Source: a virus (Duplodnaviria; Caudoviricetes). Taken from it: a DNA stretch of 64,000 nt. The stretch covers positions 92,177-156,176 of the IMG/VR virus record IMGVR_UViG_2595698517_000001; one strand, written 5' to 3'. Below, one piece after another: positions 29,513-39,006 of this stretch. The notes below the pieces were generated by a model. The model worked only from the letters and a program-made list of their open reading frames with translations. It ran no database searches and was not told the origin of the DNA. The position numbers and the translations under genes were made by a program. Position 1 is the first letter of the stretch, and every line of letters starts with the position of its first letter.

Positions 29513-32203
29513 TTATGCTAGTTTACTGTTTACTTTTTGTTTTAGTTCTTGTAACTCTGCGTAAACCTCTTGTAGACCTTTCCACGATAATGTTGCCATA
29601 CCGTAAGAGTCTACCGTATCTGCTCCTGAGATAAGTTCAGGTGCTTCCTCTGCAATAAGTCCAATCTTAACTTGTTGGCTTGCGTCCCCTTTATATGTGT
29701 AAGTCTTTGCTACCGAAGAGTTGATAATTTCCATTGCACTGCCTTTAAATACCTCGATGTTATCTTTGTACTCTCTAGAAGATGCGTTGTTCAGGTTCCC
29801 TGCAAGTTCACACCAATTTGTATTGCTTGAGTTTCTTGCTTCCAATCTACCTTGGAAGTTGTTGTAGTTAACGTACCATTTAAGGATACCGCCATCACTA
29901 CCAAATTGGATACATCTTCCAGAGTAGTTCTCGTGTGTGAAGAATGATAAAAACTTACGGTCGTCATGATAGAAGTCATGACCATTGACGTGCGAACGGT
30001 ACTCGTTGGGTTGAGTTGAACCTTTACCAATACCGAATAATAGTCTAGCCCTATTATCCGAATCTTTAAGCGACCATGTATTACCGCTACCTGCATCGGG
30101 TTGACCTTTGATATTTCCAAATACATCAAAGTAAACTCCACCACTGTTTTGTGAATAGAAATCTCCACCGAATCTAAGGTTTCCTGTATTCGGAAACTGA
30201 TAGAAGATGTTTTGGTTGTTCATTCTCATTGCGTAGTCTAGTACACCGAATGTACTATAATCGGCAGCATTTGTAGACCCTGCTGTTTTACCTGGTCTTA
30301 GGAAGTTTAACCCTTGACCTGTAGAACTTACTGGACTACTGAAGTAGATACAGTTAACTGCCATGAAGTCTCCACCGTTGGCGTGTAAGCTCCACTTACC
30401 TTGTGCGATCCACTGGTTAGCCTTTAATTTAAGTATACCATCAACATCCAAGTCCCCTGCTATTTCGAGCCCGTTTGCTGCACTCGTAGGGAACTTATTG
30501 ACACCTAAAGTCTTCTTCACTGTATCGATAAAGAAGATTGGCGTACCGACTGCTACAGTTCTAGTTGCTGTTACAGTAGACCCTACTTTGTCCGTAACCG
30601 TAATTAGTACGTCCCATGCAATAGTGTTATCCAGGTTTACTGTAACATTTGTTGCTGTAAAGTTAGGGAACCCTGTAACTGTAAAGTTCGCTGCTGTATT
30701 GTAAGTACCACCTACCTGTCTGTATTGATATTTAGCTGAAGTAATTGCGTTCTTATTCACTCCACCGATAGTCAATGGTGACGCAGAGCCGCTTAACTTT
30801 AGTGTTGTAGAGGTCTCAAAGTTATTTAAACGGTCTGCACTAGTTGCTAAAGTAGGTGGGGAATAAGCTAACATTAATATAACAGAAGATGCAGATGTTC
30901 TATTACCTCGGCTGTCAATTGCTGTAACTGTTATTGTAGCGTTAGAAGCCGCATCTACGGTACCAAAGTTAAGTGTAAGGTCTGTTGTAGCATAGTTAAT
31001 AGACTGGGTTGCCCCGTTCACTGCTACCTCATATCGAACCATTGTAGCGCTGTTCTGTGCTACAGCTTTAGCAGTCGCAGGAATCTTAACTTGCAACGTA
31101 GATTTATTCTGTACCAGGTACTGGTTATTCCCTGTAAGAGTAGTCGTTGTAGCATTTGTATCTAAATAAGTAAATCCTCCTGTGTATGTAGGGTTACTAT
31201 TTACAACCCGCAGGTTAACTTTCTTATTCTGATCCTTCGGCAAACCATCGTTAATCTCTACCCCGTTATACTTCGTACTTGCCCAAACGTTAGCTTGTTT
31301 CACATTGTCGTTTGGTGTTTGTTGATACATCTTAGCTATGTCTGCATCATCAAAGGTCATTGTGAACGTTTTCCCTACTCCTGTAGAGAATGTTTTTGTA
31401 AAGCTACCGAATGTAAATACTAAAGAATAAGCGAACTCTGAGTAGTAATAATCCAAGGTTACAGGTACGTTTTTCGTTCCAATATCGAAATCAGACAGCA
31501 CAGGTGTAGCAGGTGTGGCACCATATACAGTTCCCCACTTCTCTGTCTCTCCGATTACACTACCATTGTACCATGTCTGTACCTTAATCTTTACAGGTCG
31601 GTTCTCGTAACCGCCTATAGCTTGATACAAAATGGTTGTTTCTTCTTTAGTGAAGTAGAATGTTACGTTATCCCCTACATTACCTCTCCAAGCAATCGCT
31701 GCCATACTGTTATCAGGCTTCTGCACTTCTACTGTAACGATATGGTCAAAAGCTGTTGAAGCACGGTTAATCGAAATAGGTAGAGGTTCGATCGCTGCTG
31801 TCCAACTAATATTAGACGACACCGTACTTGCTCGTGGGATACGATCCAAGTCTACGTATACTACTGCATCGTTAATAGAGAATACATCCGTATAACCACT
31901 CGCACCAATACGTAAGTTTTTAGAACCGTCAGAGTTATGGTTTACTCTAAAGTTACCGCTAACTACTAATGTGTTAGAGTTGTATGTAAATGAGAATCCT
32001 GTTGTGTTTACTGCTTGTTGCCCGTCTACATATAACCCGAAGGTACCCGTACCATATGTTGTATACCCTGTGTTTGTACGAGAGAAACGCATCTCTACGT
32101 ATACGTCACTATAGTTCCCACCAGTGTTCGGGGTACTGCGCCAATTGACAGTACCCGCTACATATTTATTACTGGTAGAGACTCCAAATGAACCACTTGC
32201 CAT
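29513..32203 (-). CDS. Tail fibre/receptor-binding protein with C-terminal intramolecular chaperone (peptidase S74-like)
   Basis: SSREYKDNI...GLIAEE...coiled-coil C-terminus; N-terminus resembles siphoviral DUF859 proteins (LDRIPRAS). Confidence 0.8.
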   Translation of the reverse strand: MASGSFGVSTSNKYVAGTVNWRSTPNTGGNYSDVYVEMRFSRTNTGYTTYGTGTFGLYVDGQQAVNTTGFSFTYNSNTLVVSGNFRVNHNSDGSKNLRIGASGYTDVFSINDAVVYVDLDRIPRASTVSSNISWTAAIEPLPISINRASTAFDHIVTVEVQKPDNSMAAIAWRGNVGDNVTFYFTKEETTILYQAIGGYENRPVKIKVQTWYNGSVIGETEKWGTVYGATPATPVLSDFDIGTKNVPVTLDYYYSEFAYSLVFTFGSFTKTFSTGVGKTFTMTFDDADIAKMYQQTPNDNVKQANVWASTKYNGVEINDGLPKDQNKKVNLRVVNSNPTYTGGFTYLDTNATTTTLTGNNQYLVQNKSTLQVKIPATAKAVAQNSATMVRYEVAVNGATQSINYATTDLTLNFGTVDAASNATITVTAIDSRGNRTSASSVILMLAYSPPTLATSADRLNNFETSTTLKLSGSASPLTIGGVNKNAITSAKYQYRQVGGTYNTAANFTVTGFPNFTATNVTVNLDNTIAWDVLITVTDKVGSTVTATRTVAVGTPIFFIDTVKKTLGVNKFPTSAANGLEIAGDLDVDGILKLKANQWIAQGKWSLHANGGDFMAVNCIYFSSPVSSTGQGLNFLRPGKTAGSTNAADYSTFGVLDYAMRMNNQNIFYQFPNTGNLRFGGDFYSQNSGGVYFDVFGNIKGQPDAGSGNTWSLKDSDNRARLLFGIGKGSTQPNEYRSHVNGHDFYHDDRKFLSFFTHENYSGRCIQFGSDGGILKWYVNYNNFQGRLEARNSSNTNWCELAGNLNNASSREYKDNIEVFKGSAMEIINSSVAKTYTYKGDASQQVKIGLIAEEAPELISGADTVDSYGMATLSWKGLQEVYAELQELKQKVNSKLA

Positions 32204-32224
32204 TATGTTTTCCTCCAATCATTT

Positions 32225-35200
32225 TTAGCTATTGTTAGGGACGAATGCCCAACCTGTAGCTGTGGCACTTTGTATAGAAAGGATTTTTATATTCCCTAGT
32301 GTAATCTCACTTGTTGCTCGAAGCTTTTTCGTTACTGTTTCATCTCCGTTTAGGTAGAATACTTTTTCGAATGTTCCGTTATTTTGGTAATATCCTGCAA
32401 ACTCTGACGGTGTAATTTGAGTGAAACCAATCTCACTACCATTAGCATCTAACTGGGATACACGGATACCGTTAATGTTCATTCGGATGTTTGTATTGTA
32501 TAGCTCTCCTGTAGCTAGAGTCCATTGTAAAGCAACGTCACCGATGTTTAACATGATCCCTGATACAATAGCTTCTACGTTAGCATATCCGATGAAACGT
32601 ATTCTTACTTTATCTTTTGTAGGAGTAAACGTAAGGTATCTAGCTTCGAATCCATTTGTTGTCTGATTGCTGTTGTCCGCTATTTGGTTCCCAGGAGGTA
32701 CAACCCAAACTGACCCATTATACTCTTGAACTTGAATCCAAAAACGATAACTTGTATCTGCTCCTTTTGTCATCTTGTTCAGGTACCAACCTAATGTGTA
32801 GGGCTGTCCAGGAATAACTGATACGTCTTGGTAGATTCCTGTCTCTTGCCCGTTGGCTTTAAAGTAGAAACCCCTACCGAACCCTAAGTTATCTAGTGCA
32901 GAGTTTGAAATCGTGTCTACTAAGTAAGCAGTCGTTAAGCTCCAAAAATCTCTGTCACTATAACCGATAGAATTCTTAATTAAGTTCATTCCGCCTGTCG
33001 CAGAGAACTTAGCAGTAATGTCTGTAGCAGTCTGTTTCAGCTCAGATTTCGTTGCGTATGGGGAGAAGTCTAACTTGTCCATAGCATCTTTAATCTTACC
33101 GTCCACAGCACCTGAAACGTTATTCAACTCATCTTTAGAAGCTAAGTTACCAAGGTCACTAGCATTTGCCTTACTCTTTAGCGCTAGAGTGTACTCTCTA
33201 GAACTGAAGACGGTATTCGTGATAGACTCATCTGTAATCTTCTGCTCTGCGTTAGCAATACGTTTTACCATAGACGGAATAATGTAACGTGTATCCTGGT
33301 TAACTGTTGCTAAGTTAGTACCATACTTGATTGAACCCTTAGAAATTTCAGGTGTCCAAGCAGGGTAGTAAGTCGTTACAACGTTATCCTTATCCCCCAA
33401 TAGCTCTAGTATACCATCAAATTCTACTATCTCTTGGATTGGGTCTTGCAACCTGTATATTAACTGGTAGTAGTTAATCGACTTGTCACTGATTGATGGG
33501 GATTCACCTGTAGGTGCAGTGTTACCTGAAACCGTAGCACGAGACAAATCTTTATCCCCGATAGGGTGCCACACTTTGACGCCTGTTCCTGTATAGTTCG
33601 ATCCGAAGGTTCCGTTACACATCTTCCATCCCAAGAAGTAAGCGTTTATTTCTTCTTTTGTTGGTGTATACGATTCTCCCCAACCACTGTCACTATCTGA
33701 AACAGTCACATATAATATATTATTAGGTGAGTTGATTGCGAACTGGTTATTACCTGCTACGTTCCCGTCATAGTTTAACGAACCTGCATTAGGTTTCACA
33801 CAGATGCTTCCGCCCGATACAGGAGTAGAATACGCAAAACCTTGTGCTCTTAGACGCTTAAACCCTGTGTAGTCTACGTTCATGTCCCAGTTCATCTTAT
33901 CGTCAAGACGAACATCCATCCACTTTTTTGTCTTAACCGCATTACCGTTTGTTTCCCAAGAGAACGTGTCATTGTTTGTACCATCTCCGTAGAATTTACC
34001 CCAAATAGTCAAATCAGTACCACTACTAAATACTGGGTTTGTTACAGGTCGGAAACGATTACCTGCCCCTGCCCAAGCTTCCTCAGGTGCAGGAGTATAT
34101 ACAGGGTTCGCAGTATGCTTACCTACAGCGATTTTCATGTTTGAGATAGTCAGTTTCCCTACTAAGAAGTTACAACGCATGTTGATTCCGTTGAATGTTG
34201 CTACAGTTCCTGCTATAGAGTTAGTCCCTATATATCTACCGCTTCTATTAGAGCTAGAGAATGTAATAGAAGACGTTAATCCTGGGTACGGGTTACTACC
34301 TTGCATATACATAGTACCCGCAGGTGCGTCCCCCTCCACAGACCAGTCGAACATCACAGTAAACTCCCCTACTCCTGTGATAGGTGCAGAGCTACCTGCA
34401 ATGAATGTATAAATAGTAGAAGTTTGGTTATCCCTATTTTCCCCTACCATAGTCTTAGGTGTACCTGTTCCTGCTAATACGTTTCGACCATTAACGTACC
34501 AACTATCAACATGACTCCCCTCAAATTCAGGTAAACCAAGCGTTGCGATAGGTGGTTTAATATTAACTGGGTTAGCGAACGTAGCTCTCGCATAGTTACC
34601 AGTTGTACTAATGGCAGCGATCGTGTCCTTCGTCATCTTTTCTCCGACTTGATCTGTGTACTCTTTCTGACGATCCTGTACTTCGATTTCGAATAGAGCA
34701 TAGCGATTGTAGTACTCGTTCCATTTAGCGTTCCATGTGTTTCTGTCGATATTGATAGTTGCAGATGATGTAGTATCCCAAGGCTTAACAGGCGTTAATG
34801 AAGTAAGATATGTTACTAATGCAGTGTATGCGTCCCCTAATGGCTTGTAGTTTACACTTGTAGATAGGTTTAACCCAATCTTACGTGCCATTCTTCGGAT
34901 AGAGTAGAGTTTACCTGCATTGTAGTTATCATTATCAATCTGAGCTAGGGTAGGCATTGCTTCGTTATAGTTAAGGAATTTACCTACAATGTCGGCAATG
35001 TATCCACGGACTAAGCTACGCTCGAAACGAGTAATCTTTCCATCACTACCTAACGATTCAAGAGAGTCAGCAATCTGATCTACTTGCCCTTGGTCTGCAA
35101 CGTTAAGACCGAAACTAATGTTAGAGTACCATACAGTACTTCCTGTTACGTCACGGTTATTTAAGAATCCAATTTTCACATAAGCTGTTCCCCAAGAGAA

Positions 35201-36088
35201 CTGGTTCTGTGCATCATTACCTGAATTATTAAGACCGCTAATTACGCCTGAGTAATTTGTCCATGTCCCAGGGATAGCTGCGTTTTGCACTGCAATATAT
35301 CGGAATCCTGACCCACTGCTACCTTGACTCAGTTTTGTACCTGCTTTGACTAGCGCCTTGTTCCACGGAGCACGTAAAGTGATAGTTTTATTTGTAGTAT
35401 TAATAGCCCCATCAGCCCATAAGTCTTGTACTGATACGTTTCGAGAGTACGTTAACGGTTGGTATTTATACCCAGTCTTACTTACATAATCCCAAAAAAT
35501 TAATTTTCTTTGGTGTATTGGTGCAGTGTTTAACCAGTTAGTAACGTTATCAAGGTATACAACAGTATCCCCAGGCTTCAAGTCCTGTGTTAATGTTGAG
35601 AACGTACTTTGTACGTACATATGATTCTCCGCATAAATAGGTAATCCGTCCATGTCGTGCTCGTATACACCAACATAGTATTTAGCTCCAACGTACGGAT
35701 TTGTTTTAGCCCATAGAGACAGCTTATAAGATTTACTAATGTCTACAGGAATTAATTCATCAGATAGTTTCTGACTTGCTGCCCCGCTATCCTTAAATGA
35801 ACCTCCACCTGAGTAAGAGTCTGATCCGTCAAATTCGAATGCACTGAAGTTAGAGTTGTTCCCTAACGAACCTCCACCGTTCGATACAAGGTTATCCCCC
35901 TTAGAGTTCACCCAGTTTTTGTAATCAGCAGAAATTACCCAACTTCCTTTTATGTATACGTATAATTGATTGTCTTTTTCGTTTAACCACAATGCCCCCT
36001 CTGTAGGTTTTGGCGGTGGTGTAGGTGATGCTAATACATCGTTCATATTGTAGACGGTCAACTGCCCTGTAACACTGAATTTAGCCAT
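32225..36088 (-). CDS. Long tail fibre/carbohydrate-binding tail protein
   Basis: 1287 aa with several beta-sandwich modules (NLVSNG, RNVLAGT, NLIKNS) and coiled-coil linkers. Confidence 0.75.
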   Translation of the reverse strand: MAKFSVTGQLTVYNMNDVLASPTPPPKPTEGALWLNEKDNQLYVYIKGSWVISADYKNWVNSKGDNLVSNGGGSLGNNSNFSAFEFDGSDSYSGGGSFKDSGAASQKLSDELIPVDISKSYKLSLWAKTNPYVGAKYYVGVYEHDMDGLPIYAENHMYVQSTFSTLTQDLKPGDTVVYLDNVTNWLNTAPIHQRKLIFWDYVSKTGYKYQPLTYSRNVSVQDLWADGAINTTNKTITLRAPWNKALVKAGTKLSQGSSGSGFRYIAVQNAAIPGTWTNYSGVISGLNNSGNDAQNQFSWGTAYVKIGFLNNRDVTGSTVWYSNISFGLNVADQGQVDQIADSLESLGSDGKITRFERSLVRGYIADIVGKFLNYNEAMPTLAQIDNDNYNAGKLYSIRRMARKIGLNLSTSVNYKPLGDAYTALVTYLTSLTPVKPWDTTSSATINIDRNTWNAKWNEYYNRYALFEIEVQDRQKEYTDQVGEKMTKDTIAAISTTGNYARATFANPVNIKPPIATLGLPEFEGSHVDSWYVNGRNVLAGTGTPKTMVGENRDNQTSTIYTFIAGSSAPITGVGEFTVMFDWSVEGDAPAGTMYMQGSNPYPGLTSSITFSSSNRSGRYIGTNSIAGTVATFNGINMRCNFLVGKLTISNMKIAVGKHTANPVYTPAPEEAWAGAGNRFRPVTNPVFSSGTDLTIWGKFYGDGTNNDTFSWETNGNAVKTKKWMDVRLDDKMNWDMNVDYTGFKRLRAQGFAYSTPVSGGSICVKPNAGSLNYDGNVAGNNQFAINSPNNILYVTVSDSDSGWGESYTPTKEEINAYFLGWKMCNGTFGSNYTGTGVKVWHPIGDKDLSRATVSGNTAPTGESPSISDKSINYYQLIYRLQDPIQEIVEFDGILELLGDKDNVVTTYYPAWTPEISKGSIKYGTNLATVNQDTRYIIPSMVKRIANAEQKITDESITNTVFSSREYTLALKSKANASDLGNLASKDELNNVSGAVDGKIKDAMDKLDFSPYATKSELKQTATDITAKFSATGGMNLIKNSIGYSDRDFWSLTTAYLVDTISNSALDNLGFGRGFYFKANGQETGIYQDVSVIPGQPYTLGWYLNKMTKGADTSYRFWIQVQEYNGSVWVVPPGNQIADNSNQTTNGFEARYLTFTPTKDKVRIRFIGYANVEAIVSGIMLNIGDVALQWTLATGELYNTNIRMNINGIRVSQLDANGSEIGFTQITPSEFAGYYQNNGTFEKVFYLNGDETVTKKLRATSEITLGNIKILSIQSATATGWAFVPNNS

Positions 36089-36094
36089 AAATTT

Positions 36095-36772
36095 TTATAC
36101 CTCTCTTTCTATCTTAATATGGCTCCAAGTGTCACCCTTATTAATAGCGGTTATTGTACTCCGTGCCACATTATACATACTAGCTATTTCTTTTTGGTAC
36201 TTTCCTTTGGCTAACAACTTTTTAATTCCTATAACATCTTTTTCTGTAAGCTTAGAGAACCCGTTTCTTTCTCCTTTAGTCTTTCTAGGCTTTCCTATCT
36301 GAGCATCGCTTATCTTCTTTTTAGCTTCCTCTGTATGCTCTCTACCTGTGTTAATTTCAATTAACTTCTTCTTTAAGTCTTCTGACATCTTTTTACCTTT
36401 GCGGGCTTCGCTCATTCTTTTTCGTGCTTCTTCAGTATGAGTATATCCTACTTTACCGTCTCCACCGATTGTTAAGTTATAACCTTTAGCACTCGTGTTA
36501 GCTTCTAATTGCTTAATCCAAAAAATCTCTTTTATATTTAGTTCGTCACAGTCTGTAGCTGTGTCAATAACTTCCCAAGAGAAATTTTCCCAACCGTACT
36601 TTAGAAGTGCTTTATGAAAATAACTTTTATTCTTTTCAGATTTAGCTGCATGTTTGTGTTGTCGTTTTCTTCTCTCTAAAGCACCTGTAGTCTTTCCTAC
36701 ATATACTTTACCGTTTATCTTATTTACAGCTTTATAAATCGTAGCTTGACCCGTTACGCTAAACTTTGCCAT
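36095..36772 (-). mobile_element. Free-standing GIY-YIG homing endonuclease with NUMOD3 repeats and C-terminal HTH
   Basis: IYKAVNKINGKVYVGKT, catalytic R/E, GYNLTIGG, HTEEARKRMS and HTEEAKKKIS repeats. Confidence 0.92.
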
Positions 36773-36842
36773 TCATTTTCACGTCCTTTATAAATAAAGG
36801 AAGCTTATTTCTAAGCTCCCTTTTAACTGTCTACCTCTATTA

Positions 36843-36852
36843 TAATATAAAA
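36843..36852 (-). promoter_or_regulatory. Late promoter motif TTTTATATTA
   Basis: Variant late motif upstream of the endonuclease and fibre genes. Confidence 0.45.
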
Positions 36853-36861
36853 CAGCTCTAA

Positions 36862-38976
36862 CTACTTATCTGCGTTCGCTAATAAATTTGCACTACCGTT
36901 TACATCTGTACTGTCTAGGGTGATTGTATCCCCTTTAACAGTAGGATAGTTCTTTATTAAGTTACCGTTTGGTGCGTATAGCGCCCATGTAAATGTCCAA
37001 CCTGCGGTAGAAACAGATAACCCTGATTGTAGGATTTGTGCTGTTAGAGTGATCGTTCCTTGACCATTCTTAAACACGTTTGTACCGATGATGTTCATTA
37101 CCATAGGGTCTTGGAAGTCTCGTGTCACGATAACTCCACTGTACTTAATCCCAGTACCAGGTGCAGTCGCTACACACTTGAACCCTTGAACTCCGTTGAT
37201 TGCCCAGTTACGGATAGTAATGGAAGCAGAAGTAGTTGTGATATTCGCAGTCGTTGTTGTAGGAATCGCTTCTGCTGTGTTATCAAACTTAGAGATCGTT
37301 ACGCTTCCTGCACTTGTTGTAATATCTCCTGCGTAGAACAAGTTAGCCGCAGCAGTACCGATATACACTCTAGCTTTCGTAACGTTTGCTGCGAATGCAG
37401 GGATCGTAACTTTTAAGTCTTGACCTGCTGTAACTGCTAATGATGCTTGTGTAGAACCGATAGTTTCCCCTGCCAGTCCACACCACGTATATTTTACATA
37501 ATACGTTGCAGCAGTTAATTGTGTATTCGCATTTGCCGCTAGAGCTAGAGTAGGAGCAGTAGTTGGGTTTGCTACGTTCTGAATTAATCTCCAACCGTTA
37601 CCTCCGTCTGCGTTCCCTCCTGAAGAAGTTGTGGCGCTCGGGTCTTGGATGTACCACTGGAATGCTGTAGGAGTTACAGTACCTGCACCCTTGTACATAT
37701 CAGCCTGTAACGTGATGTTACCGTTACTATTCTTAATTGAGTCTCCGCCTGGTGCCCACACGTTTAAGTAGTATGAGTCAACCCCGTTCGTACCGTTCGC
37801 ACCATCTGCTACAATTAAGATTTGTTGCTCATCAATGTTGTTTACAGTTCCGTTCGGTGTAGAACCCGCTAGATACAGGCGTACACGGATTGCTTTAATC
37901 GTGTTACCTGAAGGCGTATACGTTTTAGCTGTTGTCTCATTTGCAGCAGATGTATACTTATCTGCCCAAGTTACACCGTCTGCTGCTAGTTCAGCGATTA
38001 CTAATTTACCTCCGTAGAATGAAGGAGAGCCTGATCCTGTTTGAGACATCATGTTAATAGAGATACTTCCAGGTGTTAGCGTTCCTCCTGTACTCTTTTG
38101 AATCGCTACTGTATTCGGCACTAACCAGTAAGCAGTCGGGGCAGCTCCGCCTTTAACCTTGCTTAGTGTTTGTACCTTTGTAAGTGTGAAGGCTTGTCCT
38201 TTTAATGACTTACCTGAAATCGTGAACGTAATGCTTGCAGTATCCTGTGTGATGTTACTTGCATTTGCAACGCTTGCGAATAGACCACTAGCAGTGATAG
38301 CCCCTGCTGTAATGTTTGAAGCAGCCGCAGTTACTTTATACTTACCGTTTGCAGTACCTGTACCATCGTAAGAGAGTTCCGTTGCACCATCGTATACGTG
38401 AATCTCTGTTCCTGACCCTGCGTAGATACCGTTGTTACCATTTGAATCTGTAGGAATAGATTGAGAGTCATTCGATAGTAAAGCAACGATAGCGTTAGAA
38501 CCACCTGAACCGTTTACGATCTTTGTTACATCGTAGTTTGCTTTCAGAGTAACATCCATGTTTAGGTCTGCATCTGTGTATGTAACAACGCATGTAAAGA
38601 TTTGGTTATTCATAGTTGTTAAGTTTGATTTAATCGATAGCACTTTTGCAGTTGTACCTGGTGACCCTGTAGGTAATGAGTACGATAGCCCGCTAGGTGT
38701 TGTTCCACTTGCTGTCTCCGCTAGAGGAACTGTAGTCTGTGTACCTTCGTACCAAAAAATGCTCTTAACCGCAGCAGAAGGTAACATGTTGCTTCCATCC
38801 CCACCTGCAATATATAACTCAGGTGTAATGACTAGGTTACTGCTTGTAAAGTCAGGTGCGTAAACTAATCCGTTCGGATCATAAATCTGTGTTTTGTAGT
38901 TCGGGTTTAAATAAAGAATGTACTGCTTTGCATCATTTAAGTCTGAAATAGTTATCTGTCCCGTAATTCTTGCCAT
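36862..38976 (-). CDS. Tail protein with tandem Ig-like domains
   Basis: Thr/Gly/Ala-rich beta-strand repeats; position in the tail module. Confidence 0.75.
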   Translation of the reverse strand: MARITGQITISDLNDAKQYILYLNPNYKTQIYDPNGLVYAPDFTSSNLVITPELYIAGGDGSNMLPSAAVKSIFWYEGTQTTVPLAETASGTTPSGLSYSLPTGSPGTTAKVLSIKSNLTTMNNQIFTCVVTYTDADLNMDVTLKANYDVTKIVNGSGGSNAIVALLSNDSQSIPTDSNGNNGIYAGSGTEIHVYDGATELSYDGTGTANGKYKVTAAASNITAGAITASGLFASVANASNITQDTASITFTISGKSLKGQAFTLTKVQTLSKVKGGAAPTAYWLVPNTVAIQKSTGGTLTPGSISINMMSQTGSGSPSFYGGKLVIAELAADGVTWADKYTSAANETTAKTYTPSGNTIKAIRVRLYLAGSTPNGTVNNIDEQQILIVADGANGTNGVDSYYLNVWAPGGDSIKNSNGNITLQADMYKGAGTVTPTAFQWYIQDPSATTSSGGNADGGNGWRLIQNVANPTTAPTLALAANANTQLTAATYYVKYTWCGLAGETIGSTQASLAVTAGQDLKVTIPAFAANVTKARVYIGTAAANLFYAGDITTSAGSVTISKFDNTAEAIPTTTTANITTTSASITIRNWAINGVQGFKCVATAPGTGIKYSGVIVTRDFQDPMVMNIIGTNVFKNGQGTITLTAQILQSGLSVSTAGWTFTWALYAPNGNLIKNYPTVKGDTITLDSTDVNGSANLLANADK

Positions 38977-39006
38977 TAATTATCGTCCTCTCTTTGCCAA
39001 TACGCC

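Noticed and set aside
36089-36860. Group I intron housing the GIY-YIG ORF
   Set aside because: Only 6 nt separate the ORF from the next ATG and the upstream gap is short, so there is no room for a ribozyme core.
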